From an archaeon (GTDB lineage: Archaea; Iainarchaeota; Iainarchaeia; Iainarchaeales; JANQMZ01): a stretch of DNA of 32,000 nucleotides. Made by a program: the position numbers and the translations under genes. The DNA lies in the NCBI GenBank assembly GCA_028279805.1, contig JANQMZ010000007.1, positions 750,001-782,000 of the forward strand, given 5' to 3'. The notes beneath the pieces were generated by a model, which worked only from the letters and a program-made list of their open reading frames with translations, was not told the DNA's origin and made no database searches. Within the stretch, counting starts at the first letter, position 1, and every line of letters begins with the position of its first letter. Shown here in pieces: positions 1-8,091 of the stretch.

Positions 1-1773
1 AGCGGGATGTTTTCCTGAACTCGTAATCATATGTTCTGCTCTCAGCAATCCCACGCCCTCTGCACCTGTTTGTGAAGCTTTTTCTGCAACATCGGCCAGT
101 GCAACATTTACTTTTACTTTTGGAGAAATTTTACTTAAAGTTTTTTCAATTAATTTTTTTTCCTTTTCTTTTTCTTCATCTGTTAACCGGCTTGTTTTTT
201 TTTCTCCGAATTTTTTTAAAATTTGTTCCGCTTCTTTTTCAGATTGTAAATGTTCAATTTCCTCTTTTCTTCTTTTTTCTGTTTCTCTTTCCTGTTTTAT
301 TTCATCAGCCATCCCGAACAAACCTGCTCCTGAAACTTTTTCTTTTTCAGTTTTTTCTTTTAAAACTTTTTCAAAAGAGTCAAATTCTTTTTCTTCAATC
401 ACTTTTGTTTCTTTTTTTTCAGGTGCAGCAATTTTTATTTCTCCGTCATAAATTTTTCCGGTGAAACCGTTCACGGTAACAATTTGATTGTCTTTTAAAA
501 TCTTTGTGGCTGTGTCCGTCCCTACAATACATGGAATTCCAAGTTCTCTTGAAACAATTGCAGCATGACAGGTCCTCCCGCCTTCATTTGTAACAATTGC
601 TTTGCTTTTTTTCATAACGGGAACCCAGTCAGGGCTTGTCATTCTTGTAACCAGTATATCATCTTTTTCAATTTTTGAAATGTTTTCAATATCCAAAACT
701 ATTTTAACTTTTCCAGAAACAATTCCAGGAGACCCGGGAGCGCCTTTTAAAACAGGTGTTTCTTCTATTTGCTGCATTTCTTTCATTTTTTCATTTAAAG
801 CAAGAGTTGTTATCGGCCTTGTCTGAACAATCATTATCCTGCCTTTTTCAACAGCCCATTCAATGTCTTGGGGAACATTATAATGTTGTTCTATTTTGTT
901 GCCTATTTTTGCCAGTGCAATAATTGTGTCATCCGGAATTTTTTGAGTTTCAGATTGTTCAGGGTTTAAATTTTTTTTAACAGATTTTGATCCCTCCTTT
1001 AAAACAAGCCATTTTTGCTTGTTTACTTTTTTTCTCACAATTTTCATTGAATTTTTGTCAACCACATAATTATCCGGTGTAACAGCTCCTGCTACTATTG
1101 GTTCGCCTAACCCGAAAACAGCTTCTATTACTATTTTTGTTTTATCTCCTGTTGGTTCGGCTGTAAACATTATTCCTGCTGTTTCGGCGTTAACCATTTT
1201 TTGAACAATTGCTGACAATCCCACTTGTTCTGTTTTAAAACCATGTTTTTTTCTGTAATAAACTGCTCTTGGAGTATAAAGAGATGCATAACAGTTTTTT
1301 ACTGAATTCAAAAGATTTTCTTTTCCCAAAACATTCAGAAAAGTTTCCTGTTGCCCTGCAAAACTTGCTTCCGGCAAATCTTCTGCTGTTGCACTTGAAC
1401 GAACAGCTACAAATGGCTGTTCTGAACTTGTAAGCCATCCGACTTTTTCTTTTTCAGCGAGTTTTGAATAAGCTTTAATTATTTCATTTGCAGTTTCTTC
1501 CGGCAATGTTTCCTGTTTTATCATATCACGAACTTGTTTGCTTTTTTGTTCAAGTTCCTGCGTGTTTTCAACATCAATTGAGTCAATTATTTCAACTATT
1601 TTTTGTTTTAATTTTCTTTTTTCCAAAAATTCAAAAAAGGCATCAACTGTTACCGCAAAACCGTTGGGCACGGGAAAACCGCTTTTAACCATTTCTCCAA
1701 GATTGGCTCCTTTTCCTCCAACCGTTTTAATGCTTTCTCTGCCTAATTCTTCAAACCATGCTATTCGTTTCAT
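1..1773 (-). CDS. ppsA: Phosphoenolpyruvate synthase (pyruvate, water dikinase); 3'-partial, C-terminus runs off the left window edge
   Basis: Minus-strand frame is open from the ATG at 1773-1771 to position 1. It is missing from the ORF track, presumably because it has no stop in the window. My translation gives MKRIAWFEELGRESIKTVGGKGANLGEMVKSGFPVPNGFAV at the N-terminus. Mid-protein it gives VNAETAGIMFTAEPTGDKTKIVIEAVFGLGEPIVAGAV. The phosphohistidine motif TNEGGRTCHAAIVSRELGIPCIVGT lies around 530-600. AEGVGLLRAEHMI (start of the PEP-utilising TIM barrel) lies around 25-60. I spot-checked frame continuity at four places, not codon by codon. Confidence 0.85.
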   Translation of the reverse strand, partial: MKRIAWFEELGRESIKTVGGKGANLGEMVKSGFPVPNGFAVTVDAFFEFLEKRKLKQKIVEIIDSIDVENTQELEQKSKQVRDMIKQETLPEETANEIIKAYSKLAEKEKVGWLTSSEQPFVAVRSSATAEDLPEASFAGQQETFLNVLGKENLLNSVKNCYASLYTPRAVYYRKKHGFKTEQVGLSAIVQKMVNAETAGIMFTAEPTGDKTKIVIEAVFGLGEPIVAGAVTPDNYVVDKNSMKIVRKKVNKQKWLVLKEGSKSVKKNLNPEQSETQKIPDDTIIALAKIGNKIEQHYNVPQDIEWAVEKGRIMIVQTRPITTLALNEKMKEMQQIEETPVLKGAPGSPGIVSGKVKIVLDIENISKIEKDDILVTRMTSPDWVPVMKKSKAIVTNEGGRTCHAAIVSRELGIPCIVGTDTATKILKDNQIVTVNGFTGKIYDGEIKIAAPEKKETKVIEEKEFDSFEKVLKEKTEKEKVSGAGLFGMADEIKQERETEKRRKEEIEHLQSEKEAEQILKKFGEKKTSRLTDEEKEKEKKLIEKTLSKISPKVKVNVALADVAEKASQTGAEGVGLLRAEHMITSSGKHPA

Positions 1774-1861
1774 TTAAAACCGTTATATGAATGTTTTTTT
1801 TTGTTTATTAATTAAACGCTTTTTTTTTAAAATTAGAATAATATTAAAATGAAAGTAAAAC

Positions 1862-2620
1862 CTATTCCTTCTTTTCTTCTTCTTTTTGCTCTTTTTCTGT
1901 TTCTTTTCCTGCATCTTCTTTCTCGTCTTTTTCCTGGCTTTCTTTTTCTTCTTCTCCCTCGTCTTTTTCTTCTTTTGCTTCACTGTCTTTGTCTTCTTCT
2001 TTTTTGGCTTCTTCTTCAGCTTCTTTTTCTTCTTTTCTTTTGGCTTCCTGTTCTGCCAGTTTTCTTTTTGAAGGCTTTGTTCCAATTGATTTTACATCTG
2101 TGTGAACCACAACTTTAATAGTGCATGGAAATTTTGCTTTTGTTCTTTCTATTATTTTTTTTGCCGTTTCAGCATTTTTTCCGTCAACTAAAACTGAAAA
2201 AATAACTGTTCCTTTTCTTATCGGCGCGGCTCTTCCGATCGGTTTTCCGAAAGGATGTGCCATTCCCTGTGAAACTCTGTCTGCTCCGGCGCCTTGTGCC
2301 TGTTTGTTTTCTCTTAAAACATTATGCGGGTAAATTCTTAATTTTATAAAAAAACCGTCTTTTCCCAGTTTTTTTGACAAATTTCTTGTAATTGTAATTC
2401 TTGCCGATTCCAGTGCATTATCACGAATCTGAACATTTTTATCATCCGCAACCAGGTCAACAATGTGTGAAAAATTTTTGGACGAATTTCCTGTATTGAA
2501 TCTCCTGACTCTTAAAGCAGGCACAGCCCCGATAAAATTTTTTCTCTGTTTTGACACTGCGTAACGAGTGTAAGCTCTTTTTCCGTCTCTGCTATAAGCA
2601 CTGGCAGGCCTCAAACCCAT
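1862..2620 (-). CDS. rpl10e: Ribosomal protein uL16 (L10e) with a long C-terminal E/K-rich tail
   Basis: The track ORF is 1862..2641. The core MGLRPASAYSR...YPHNVLRENKQAQGAGADRVSQGMAHPFGKPIGRAA is typical L10e. I place the start at the internal ATG (2620) because L10e proteins begin M-x-x-RPA. The last ~65 aa are pure E/K/D low complexity. Confidence 0.9.
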   Translation of the reverse strand: MGLRPASAYSRDGKRAYTRYAVSKQRKNFIGAVPALRVRRFNTGNSSKNFSHIVDLVADDKNVQIRDNALESARITITRNLSKKLGKDGFFIKLRIYPHNVLRENKQAQGAGADRVSQGMAHPFGKPIGRAAPIRKGTVIFSVLVDGKNAETAKKIIERTKAKFPCTIKVVVHTDVKSIGTKPSKRKLAEQEAKRKEEKEAEEEAKKEEDKDSEAKEEKDEGEEEKESQEKDEKEDAGKETEKEQKEEEKKE

Positions 2621-2692
2621 AATTACACCTAAAAACACCAAAAAACAGGCATTATACTAATTTTGAATGTGATTCTTTTTAAAGCTTTGGTA

Positions 2693-2763
2693 AGCGAGAG
2701 GGGAGAGTCGAACTCCCTTCTCCCGGTCTGCAGCCGGGTGCATAGCCGTTCTGCCACTCTCGC
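2693..2763 (-). tRNA. tRNA-Cys (anticodon GCA)
   Basis: Hand-folded cloverleaf on the minus strand. Acceptor GCGAGAG/CTCTCGC, U8, D arm GCAG-AACGGCT-ATGC. Anticodon stem CCCGG/CCGGG with loop CTGCAGA. 4-nt variable region, T arm GGGAG-TTCGACT-CTCCC, discriminator U73. 71 nt, no encoded CCA, no intron. It is a GC-rich island in AT-rich DNA. Confidence 0.9.
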
Positions 2764-2786
2764 ATTCAAAAGTTTATTGCTGCGAG

Positions 2787-2797
2787 TTTTTTAAAAA
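2787..2797. promoter_or_regulatory. Putative shared, near-palindromic TATA element for divergent tRNA-Cys and the ThiI-like gene
   Basis: TTTTTTAAAAA is centred at about 2792. That is 29 nt from the mature 5' end of tRNA-Cys (2763) and 28 nt from the ATG at 2820. This matches the usual archaeal TATA-to-TSS spacing in both directions. Confidence 0.35.
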
Positions 2798-2819
2798 CTA
2801 ATTCATTCCACTTTAATAT

Positions 2820-3704
2820 ATGGATTTGCTGCTGATAAAGCCTGTTGGGGAAATAACGCTGAAAACAACTTTTGTGAGGCGTTTTTTTAACAAAAAACTT
2901 AAGGAAAACATTAAAATTGCTTTCAAAATTAACAAAATTCCTTTTCAAAAAATTCAGGCAGGAAATGCCCGTTTTTTTATTAAAACAACAAATACAAAAA
3001 AAGCTCAGACAGTTTTAAAAAATATTTTCGGAATTCATTCAATTGCTTTGGTGCATAAAACAAAACTAAACTCTTCAGACCAAACATTAAAAGAAGCAAC
3101 AGATTTTTTTTCATCAAATGCTGAAAAAATTAAAACATTTAAAGTTAAAACAAAAAGAATAGGCAAACACGATTTTTCCTCGCAAGAATTTAATGAAAAA
3201 CTTGGCTCAAAAATTCTGGAAAAGTTTCCAAAACTAAAAGTTAAATTAAAAAATCCGGATAAAACTTTTTTTGTTGACATTATTCAAAAAAAAGTTTTCC
3301 TTTACGACGATGAAACAAAAGGAATGGAAGGGTTGCCGGTGGGAACACAGGGTGACATTGCATTAATTGTTTCAGGCTCTGAAGAAGAACTGGTTGCAGG
3401 GTTTTTAATGTTAAAAAGAGGATGCAGAATTTTTCCGATAACCAAAAAAAATTCAAAAAAACCTGGACACAATTTAAAAAAACTTGAAAAATTTAATTCT
3501 TCACAGGAACTTGTTTTAAAAAATTTTAACAAACTGCCTGATTTGATTAAAGATAAAAATGTTTCAGCACTTGTTTCACCTGACTTAAAATTAAAACCAA
3601 AAACTTTTATTGAATTCGATTCAAAACAATTATTACCTGTTTACAGGCCTTTGGTGTTATTGGATAAAAATACTTTAAATGAAGCTAAGAGGTTTTTAAA
3701 ATGA
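2820..3704 (+). CDS. ThiI-like THUMP-domain protein with degenerate PP-loop (probably not an active tRNA sulfurtransferase)
   Basis: The N-terminus MDLLLIKPVGEITLKTTFVRRFFNKKLKENIK matches the ThiI N-terminal ferredoxin-like domain pattern. A THUMP-like segment follows (FKVKTKRIGKHDFSSQEFNEKLGSKI...KVKLKNPDKTFFVDI). The PP-loop region IALIVSGSEEELVAGFLMLKRGCRIFPI aligns with the canonical LLSGGIDSPVAAxLMMKRG but has SGSEEE in place of SGGxDS. The C-terminal PVYRPLVLLDKNTLNEAKRF resembles ThiI PVxRPLxGxDKxEI. Confidence 0.7.
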   Translation: MDLLLIKPVGEITLKTTFVRRFFNKKLKENIKIAFKINKIPFQKIQAGNARFFIKTTNTKKAQTVLKNIFGIHSIALVHKTKLNSSDQTLKEATDFFSSNAEKIKTFKVKTKRIGKHDFSSQEFNEKLGSKILEKFPKLKVKLKNPDKTFFVDIIQKKVFLYDDETKGMEGLPVGTQGDIALIVSGSEEELVAGFLMLKRGCRIFPITKKNSKKPGHNLKKLEKFNSSQELVLKNFNKLPDLIKDKNVSALVSPDLKLKPKTFIEFDSKQLLPVYRPLVLLDKNTLNEAKRFLK

Positions 3705-4927
3705 AAATAGCTATTTTGTCAGATTTTCATCTTGGTTTTGGAAAAAACAGAAGAAAAAATGAATCTTTTCAACAGGTTTTTTCAGCTTTTAAAGAAGCTT
3801 TAAACCATAACCCGGATTTGTTTTTGCTGCAGGGTGACTTGTTTGATGAATCTGTTCCCGACCAGGAAACATGGCTTGAAGCTTTTAAGCTTTTTTCAGT
3901 AACAAAAAATGCAAAAAAGGCTGATTTAAGCATTTTTAAGCAAAAAAATGGTGAAAAACAAAAAATTGAGTTTGAAGGAATTCCGGTAGTATCAATTCAC
4001 GGGACACATGAATTCAGGGGAAAAGATTTTGCAAATGCTTTAAGTGTTTTGGATCAAGCAGGTTTTATGGTTTATTTGCATGCATCTGAAGCAATTGTTT
4101 CAAATGAAAATGAAATTCTTGCCATACATGGCCTTGGCGGGGTTCCTGAAAAAAAAGCAAAAGATGTTTTACAGCATTATAATCCCAGACCTTTGGAAGG
4201 AATGCTTAACATTTTGTTACTGCATCAAAGTTTCAAAGAATTTCTGCCTTTTGATGATGAAATGATTGCTTCTTTGTCTCTGGAAGATTTGCCTCAAAAT
4301 TTTGATTTAATAATAAACGGGCATTTTCATGCTGATAATGAAATAAATAATAAAAATTTAAGATTGCTGTTACCAGGTTCAACTGTTATAACTCAGATGA
4401 AAAAAAATGAAGCTAATAATCCTAAAAAATTTTTTTTATATGATACAAAAACAAAAACCCTTGAACCCATTAAAATTCCGGGTCAAAGAAAATTTTTTTA
4501 CTCGGAATTGGTTTTTGAAAATGCTTCAAGTGAAGACGTTTACAAAAAAGTAAAAAAAGAACTTGAAACCATTCTGAAAAATCCTGACAAAGAACCTTTA
4601 ATTAAATTAAAACTTTCGGGTTCACTGGCTTCAGGTATAACTTCATCGGATCTGGATTTGTCTTTTGTAAAACTTTTAAATGAAAATGCAATTATTTATG
4701 TTGATAAAAATTTTTCAGACATAAAATTTAAGCAAAAACTGGAAAACTTAAGGGAATCACATCATAAAAAAAGCATTTCTTCTCTTGGAATTGAACTGCT
4801 TGAAAAACATTTGGATGAAACAAATGTTAAAAAAAATTTTGATGTCAGAAGAATGTTTGAATTGTTAAGCAAAGGCGAAAAAGATAAAGCCATTGAACTT
4901 CTTTCAGACAGAAAAAAATCAAAATAG
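3701..4927 (+). CDS. mre11: Mre11-family DNA repair metallophosphoesterase/nuclease
   Basis: Calcineurin-like phosphoesterase motifs occur in Mre11 order: ILSDFHLG (I), LLQGDLFD (II), SIHGTHEF (III, a variant of GNHD), LLLHQSF (IV), INGHFH (V). 408 aa. The start overlaps the upstream stop (ATGA at 3701-3704). Confidence 0.8.
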   Translation: MKIAILSDFHLGFGKNRRKNESFQQVFSAFKEALNHNPDLFLLQGDLFDESVPDQETWLEAFKLFSVTKNAKKADLSIFKQKNGEKQKIEFEGIPVVSIHGTHEFRGKDFANALSVLDQAGFMVYLHASEAIVSNENEILAIHGLGGVPEKKAKDVLQHYNPRPLEGMLNILLLHQSFKEFLPFDDEMIASLSLEDLPQNFDLIINGHFHADNEINNKNLRLLLPGSTVITQMKKNEANNPKKFFLYDTKTKTLEPIKIPGQRKFFYSELVFENASSEDVYKKVKKELETILKNPDKEPLIKLKLSGSLASGITSSDLDLSFVKLLNENAIIYVDKNFSDIKFKQKLENLRESHHKKSISSLGIELLEKHLDETNVKKNFDVRRMFELLSKGEKDKAIELLSDRKKSK

Positions 4928-4965
4928 TTTTAAACTTTAAAAACATTAAACTGAAAGGTGTTTTT

Positions 4966-6921
4966 TTGAAAAAGGAAGCAATGTGGGTTGAAAAGGATTC
5001 AAAAAAAAATATTTACTGGCCTTCTTCTGAAATGAAAAAAAAGGCACATGTTTCCGATGAAAAAATTTATGATGAATCCTTAAAGGATCCAGTAAAATTC
5101 TGGTCAAATCATGCTAAAAAGTCCTTAAACTGGTTTAAATCATGGGAAAAGGATTATGAGGAAGATTTTCCTGATTTTAAATGGTTTTCAGGGGGAAAAA
5201 TCAATGCTTCTTTTAATTGTCTTGACAGGCATGTTGAAAATAATGGAAATAAGCCTGCCATTATCTGGGAACCTGAACCGGTTGAAGAAAAAGAACAAAT
5301 TTTGACTTATAATGATTTATTACAAGAAACAAAAAAATTTGCAAATGTTTTAAAAAAACTGGGAGTAAAAAAAGGCGATACTGTCGGAATTTATCTTCCC
5401 ATGACTCCTCATGTTCAGATTGCAATGCTTGCCTGTGCCAGAATTGGTGCAATTCATTCAGTTGTTTTCAGTGCGTTCAGTTCAGAAGCTTTAAAAACAA
5501 GGTTAATTGATGCGGAATCAAAAATTTTAATTACGGCAAACGGTTACTGGAGGCGGGGTAAAAAAATTAATTTAAAAAAATCAGCTGATGCTGCTTTGCC
5601 TGATACAAAAGTGCAAAAAGTTGTTGTTGTTAAAAGATTGGAAGAAGATTTGGGAATGAAGTCAGGCAGGGATTTTTACTGGGATGAATTAATGGAAAAA
5701 GTTTCAGACGACTGTTCCTGTGAGGAAATGGAAAGCAATGAAAAACTGTTTTTGCTTTATACAAGCGGCACAACAGGAAAACCAAAAGGAGTTGTTCATG
5801 ATACGGGAGGTTATTTGATTCAGTCTTTTTTAACAACAAAATGGAATTTTGATTTGCATTCTGATGATGTGTTTTGGTGCACTGCAGACATAGGGTGGAT
5901 AACAGGGCACACTTACAGTTGTTATGGTCCTTTGTCAAACGGTTTGACAATGGTTATTTATGAAGGGTCCCCGGATTTTCCCGAACCGGACAGGTTTTGG
6001 AAAATTATTGAAAAATTTAAAGTTTCTGCTTTTTATACAGCTCCAACTGCTATCAGAATGTTTGCACGTTTAGGAAAACAGTTTTTGGAAAAACATGATT
6101 TAAGTTCTTTAAAAATTTTGGGAACTGTCGGAGAGCCTATTGACCTTGATTCCTGGAACTGGTTTTTTGAAGTTGTCGGAAAAAAACGCTGTCCTATTAT
6201 TGATACATGGTGGCAGACTGAAACAGGGGCAAATGTGATTAATGCTTTGCCCGGCATTGGTCCTTTTATTCCAACTGTTGCCGGCAGGCCTTTTCCCGGA
6301 ATTGTTGCAGATATTTTTGACGATTCGGGAAAAACTGTAAAAAATGAAAAAACAGGTGATTTGGTGTTAAAAAGCCCTTTTCCGCCTGGTTTGCTGAGAG
6401 GCGTTTATAAGAATCCTGAAAAATTTAAGGATACGTATTGGTCTGATTATCCTGATGTGTATTATTCGAGTGACGGGGCAAAATTTGTTTTTAATAAAAA
6501 TATTCGTGTTACCGGACGAATTGATGATGTCATGAAAGTTGCAGGACATCTGCTTTCAACTGCTGAAATGGAGAATGCTATTAATTCCTGTGCGGGAGTG
6601 TCCGAGTGTGCTGTTATTCCCAAACCTGATAAAATTAAAGGATTTGTTCCGGTTGCTTTTGTTATTCTTAAAAAAAATTTTAAAAAATCTGAAGAATTTG
6701 CTGATACAATTGTTCAGAGTGTCAGAAAAACAATCGGGCCTATTGCCAAGCCTTATAAAATTATTTTTGTTGACGAGCTTCCTAAAACAAGAAGCGGTAA
6801 AATTGTGAGAAGAATGATTAGAAATATTGTTTCAGGTGAACCAATTGGTGATTCTTCTACACTGGAAAATCCTAACAGTGTTAATTTTTTAAAAAAAGTT
6901 ATTGAAAGAGAATTAAAATAA
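4966..6921 (+). CDS. acs: Acetyl-CoA synthetase (AMP-forming)
   Basis: 651 aa. It has the adenylate-forming signature LLYTSGTTGKPKGVVH, then WCTADIGWITGHSY-like, DTWWQTETG and the C-terminal PKTRSGKIVRR. TTG start at 4966 is supported by GGTG (4957-4960) 5 nt upstream. The alternative is ATG at 4981. Confidence 0.9.
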   Translation: MKKEAMWVEKDSKKNIYWPSSEMKKKAHVSDEKIYDESLKDPVKFWSNHAKKSLNWFKSWEKDYEEDFPDFKWFSGGKINASFNCLDRHVENNGNKPAIIWEPEPVEEKEQILTYNDLLQETKKFANVLKKLGVKKGDTVGIYLPMTPHVQIAMLACARIGAIHSVVFSAFSSEALKTRLIDAESKILITANGYWRRGKKINLKKSADAALPDTKVQKVVVVKRLEEDLGMKSGRDFYWDELMEKVSDDCSCEEMESNEKLFLLYTSGTTGKPKGVVHDTGGYLIQSFLTTKWNFDLHSDDVFWCTADIGWITGHTYSCYGPLSNGLTMVIYEGSPDFPEPDRFWKIIEKFKVSAFYTAPTAIRMFARLGKQFLEKHDLSSLKILGTVGEPIDLDSWNWFFEVVGKKRCPIIDTWWQTETGANVINALPGIGPFIPTVAGRPFPGIVADIFDDSGKTVKNEKTGDLVLKSPFPPGLLRGVYKNPEKFKDTYWSDYPDVYYSSDGAKFVFNKNIRVTGRIDDVMKVAGHLLSTAEMENAINSCAGVSECAVIPKPDKIKGFVPVAFVILKKNFKKSEEFADTIVQSVRKTIGPIAKPYKIIFVDELPKTRSGKIVRRMIRNIVSGEPIGDSSTLENPNSVNFLKKVIERELK

Positions 6922-8091
6922 TTACGGCAAAAACTTTTTTCCGTTAATTTTTTCAGGCAGATAAGTTTCAGCTACAAATTCCAATGATTTGTTTGCCAAA
7001 GCCTGTTGTTCTATTCTTACTCCTTCTTTTATTGAGCGTTTTAATTCATCCTGCCATGGCTTGTTTTGAAACCATGCATAGTTTAACATTTCTTTTGCTC
7101 TTTTTACATCCCCTACTTTCATTTTTTCTGTTACTTCCTTTAATTCATAGTCATGAATGTCTTCGATTGTCATTCCGATATATTTTGCTTTTGGGCATGC
7201 CAAAAATCCTGAGTGCGCAGCCAAAGCCATTGAACCTTGTTTTATAACACTGTAAATATACCATCCGTAAGGGTCTCCGTCTGTGAAAACATAAACAGGC
7301 AGATTTTCTTCCTTGTACAGTCTGTGAATCAGTCTTCGGGCGCCTCTTGCAGCCTGTCCTCCAACTCCCACTAAAATTGCTTTGTTTTTTTTGGCAAAAT
7401 CTTCTTCAACAAGCCTTTCATACATTGCACTTGTTTCTATTACCAGAACATATTTTGCATTGGTTTTAACTATTTCAATTTCTTCAGGTTCCATTCTGCT
7501 CATAATACTCCAGCCTCCTCTTCCAAGCTGAAGCATGTTAAAAGTGTCATTGTTGTGCATTTTGTCCTTTAATGTAATATCCCCGTATAAAGCGCCTTTT
7601 GGATTTGCATGTAAATTTAATTTTTCTCTGATTGTTTCAGCGCTGTGTTCCAAATCCACTATGACTGAATCGCTTTCTGTCTGGTCTTCAAAAGTGTTTT
7701 CTTTTCCTGAACCTAATGAATGCTTTAATTCGTAATAAATTTCCCTGATTGAAGCTGTTTTGTTTTTTTTCAGATAGTCAAATGTTTTGCTTGCAACAAG
7801 TGTTGTTTGCATAAATTTTTTTGCATGCCCTAGGTTTAAAAAATTTCTTGAAGTCATTTTTTCTCCAAGCTGTAAAACTCCTTTTTTTTCATCGAATTCT
7901 ACATTGCTTCTTCCCCTCTGGCTTGTTAAAAATGTTGGTGATTCTTCTTTTTTTATTTGTGAAACAATTTCTTTGCTTATTTTTTCAATTTTTGATGCAA
8001 CTTTTTCTGCATTATCCTTATTTGTTTTCTTTTGTGTTTTTTTCTTTGTCTTCTTTTTCACCACTTGTTTCCACCTCTTCAATAACTTCAT
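6922..8091 (-). CDS. top6A: DNA topoisomerase VI subunit A (Spo11-like)
   Basis: IREIYYELKH, LVIETSAMYERLVEE and the Toprim segment LPVYVFTDGDPYGWYIYSVIKQGS are present. The N-terminal ~30 aa are K-rich. An alternative GTG start at 8064 is preceded by GAGGTG (8077-8072). Either start overlaps the top6B 3' end. Confidence 0.9.
   Translation of the reverse strand: MKLLKRWKQVVKKKTKKKTQKKTNKDNAEKVASKIEKISKEIVSQIKKEESPTFLTSQRGRSNVEFDEKKGVLQLGEKMTSRNFLNLGHAKKFMQTTLVASKTFDYLKKNKTASIREIYYELKHSLGSGKENTFEDQTESDSVIVDLEHSAETIREKLNLHANPKGALYGDITLKDKMHNNDTFNMLQLGRGGWSIMSRMEPEEIEIVKTNAKYVLVIETSAMYERLVEEDFAKKNKAILVGVGGQAARGARRLIHRLYKEENLPVYVFTDGDPYGWYIYSVIKQGSMALAAHSGFLACPKAKYIGMTIEDIHDYELKEVTEKMKVGDVKRAKEMLNYAWFQNKPWQDELKRSIKEGVRIEQQALANKSLEFVAETYLPEKINGKKFLP

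Noticed and set aside
72-464. 130-aa plus-strand ORF rich in F/L (MKLFLQHRPVQHLLLL...).
   Set aside because: It lies antisense to the E/K-rich linker of ppsA. Its low-complexity F/L composition is the mirror image of a purine-rich coding strand, and there is no SD or promoter.
1783-2118. Three overlapping ORFs (1783..2085 minus, poly-K; 1849..2118 and 1886..2071 plus, poly-F/L).
   Set aside because: They are frame and strand shadows of the purine-rich DNA encoding the uL16 E/K tail. The uL16 frame is the one continuous with a conserved core.
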